The translations under genes were made by a program, and so were the position numbers. A DNA stretch of 64,000 nucleotides from Candidatus Rokuibacteriota bacterium (lineage in GTDB: Bacteria; Methylomirabilota; Methylomirabilia; Rokubacteriales; CSP1-6). The notes below the pieces were generated by a model. That model worked only from the letters and a program-made list of their open reading frames with translations, searched no databases and had not been told where the DNA came from. Where the stretch lies: the NCBI GenBank assembly GCA_003220265.1, contig QHRW01000115.1, positions 1,391-65,390 of the forward strand. The letters run 5' to 3'. Shown one piece after another: positions 63,340 through 64,000 of this stretch (position 1 is the first letter of the stretch; each line of letters starts with the position of its first letter).

Positions 63340-64000
63340 GTGACGGGCGGGGAGTCTGCGTTCGTGGACATCGATGACGCTGCGCTCGTCGAGCGATGTC
63401 GCGCGGGGGACGTGGCGGCCTTCGAGCCCCTCGTCGAGAAGTACCGGCAACGGGTGTGGCGCCTGGCCTACAACATCCTGCGCGATCGCGAGGAGGCGTG
63501 GGACGTGGCGCAGGAAGCGTTCATCAAGGCCTTCCAGGCGTTGCCGTCTTTCCGGGGACAGTCAGCCTTCTACACGTGGCTGTACCGGATCGCCATGAAC
63601 GTCGCCGCCGATCGCGGGCGCTCGCGCGGCGCCCAGGGTCGCGCCTTCGGAACCGAGCGGGTGCCCGAGGAGGACTGGGAGCGCGTGCTGCCCGACCAGA
63701 ACCCTGGCGACGAGTCACCGGATGCCGCCGCCGCGCGGACGGAGGAGCGCGCCAAGATCATGAAGGCGCTCGACACGCTGTCCGAGGATCACCGCCGCAT
63801 CGTCATGCTGAGCGATCTCGAGGGCCTGTCGTACCGGGAGATCGCCGAAACGCTCGACATCCCGATGGGAACCGTCATGTCGCGTCTACACAATGCTCGC
63901 AAGCGGCTCCGCGACGCGCTGGGGCCACTACTGCTGATCCTGCTCGCCGTGGGCACGGCCTTCGCGCTGATGGCGGCGCCGTCGATCCACGCCCAGGCGC
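63340..64000 (+). CDS. ECF-type RNA polymerase sigma-70 factor, open to the window end
   Basis: Own translation from GTG 63340: ...LVERCRAGDVAAFEPLVEKYRQRVWRLAYNILRDREEAWDVAQEAFIKAF (region 2) ...LSYREIAETLDIPMGTVMSRLHNARKRLRDAL (region 4). It then continues GPLLLILLAVGTAFALMAAPSIHAQA with no stop before 64000. Confidence 0.8.
   Translation, partial: MTGGESAFVDIDDAALVERCRAGDVAAFEPLVEKYRQRVWRLAYNILRDREEAWDVAQEAFIKAFQALPSFRGQSAFYTWLYRIAMNVAADRGRSRGAQGRAFGTERVPEEDWERVLPDQNPGDESPDAAAARTEERAKIMKALDTLSEDHRRIVMLSDLEGLSYREIAETLDIPMGTVMSRLHNARKRLRDALGPLLLILLAVGTAFALMAAPSIHAQA

Overview
Very GC-rich bacterial chromosomal window; I cannot assign a taxon from sequence alone. It holds about 70 tightly packed genes, many joined by 1- or 4-nt stop/start overlaps (ATGA, GTGA, TGATG).

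Recognisable content, in order:
- a sugar-type ABC transporter fragment, and small GlcG-like, FmdB zinc-ribbon and DJ-1/PfpI genes
- a NodU/CmcH carbamoyltransferase, mscL, and a FecR-domain secreted protein
- a 1471-aa Lhr helicase and a geranylgeranyl-reductase-like flavoprotein
- a fused FAD-monooxygenase/OYE enzyme, an MBL-hydrolase::receiver fusion, a PoxB-like TPP enzyme and an S41 peptidase
- a livK-H-M-G-F type ABC operon, a TauE/DUF1634 pair, an OYE flavin oxidoreductase, an SDR and a CoA-transferase
- nucleoside hydrolase plus ribokinase, NagZ, BtpA and an enoyl-CoA hydratase
- an IS481-family IS
- an 11-gene type II secretion operon (gspE-F-G-H-I-J-K-L-M-C-D)
- a ZIP transporter, aroQ and a partial ECF sigma factor

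Main hunt result: a family of GC-rich repeat units, each carrying two hairpins, that I do not recognise.
- It forms three tandem arrays (29491-29948, 39816-40110, 62493-62825) that exactly fill gene junctions, plus one degenerate solo copy (47928-48010).
- The 29-nt hairpin keeps its pairing through compensatory base changes between loci.
- Unit boundaries carry TCAT/ATGA, so open frames chain the flanking genes together.
- Related 31-nt palindromes sit in frame inside lhr, and one follows the pfpI-like gene.

Other hidden items:
- a SelW/Rdx-like selenoprotein gene with in-frame TGA that the ORF track misses
- three decayed genes: a truncated ridA fused to repeats and two internal-deletion frameshifts
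- a lipoprotein that needs a CTG start
- head-to-head gspE and ZIP start codons sharing one CATG
- a low-GC islet with divergent small ORFs

I ran no database searches. All family calls rest on motif recognition in the translated ORFs.
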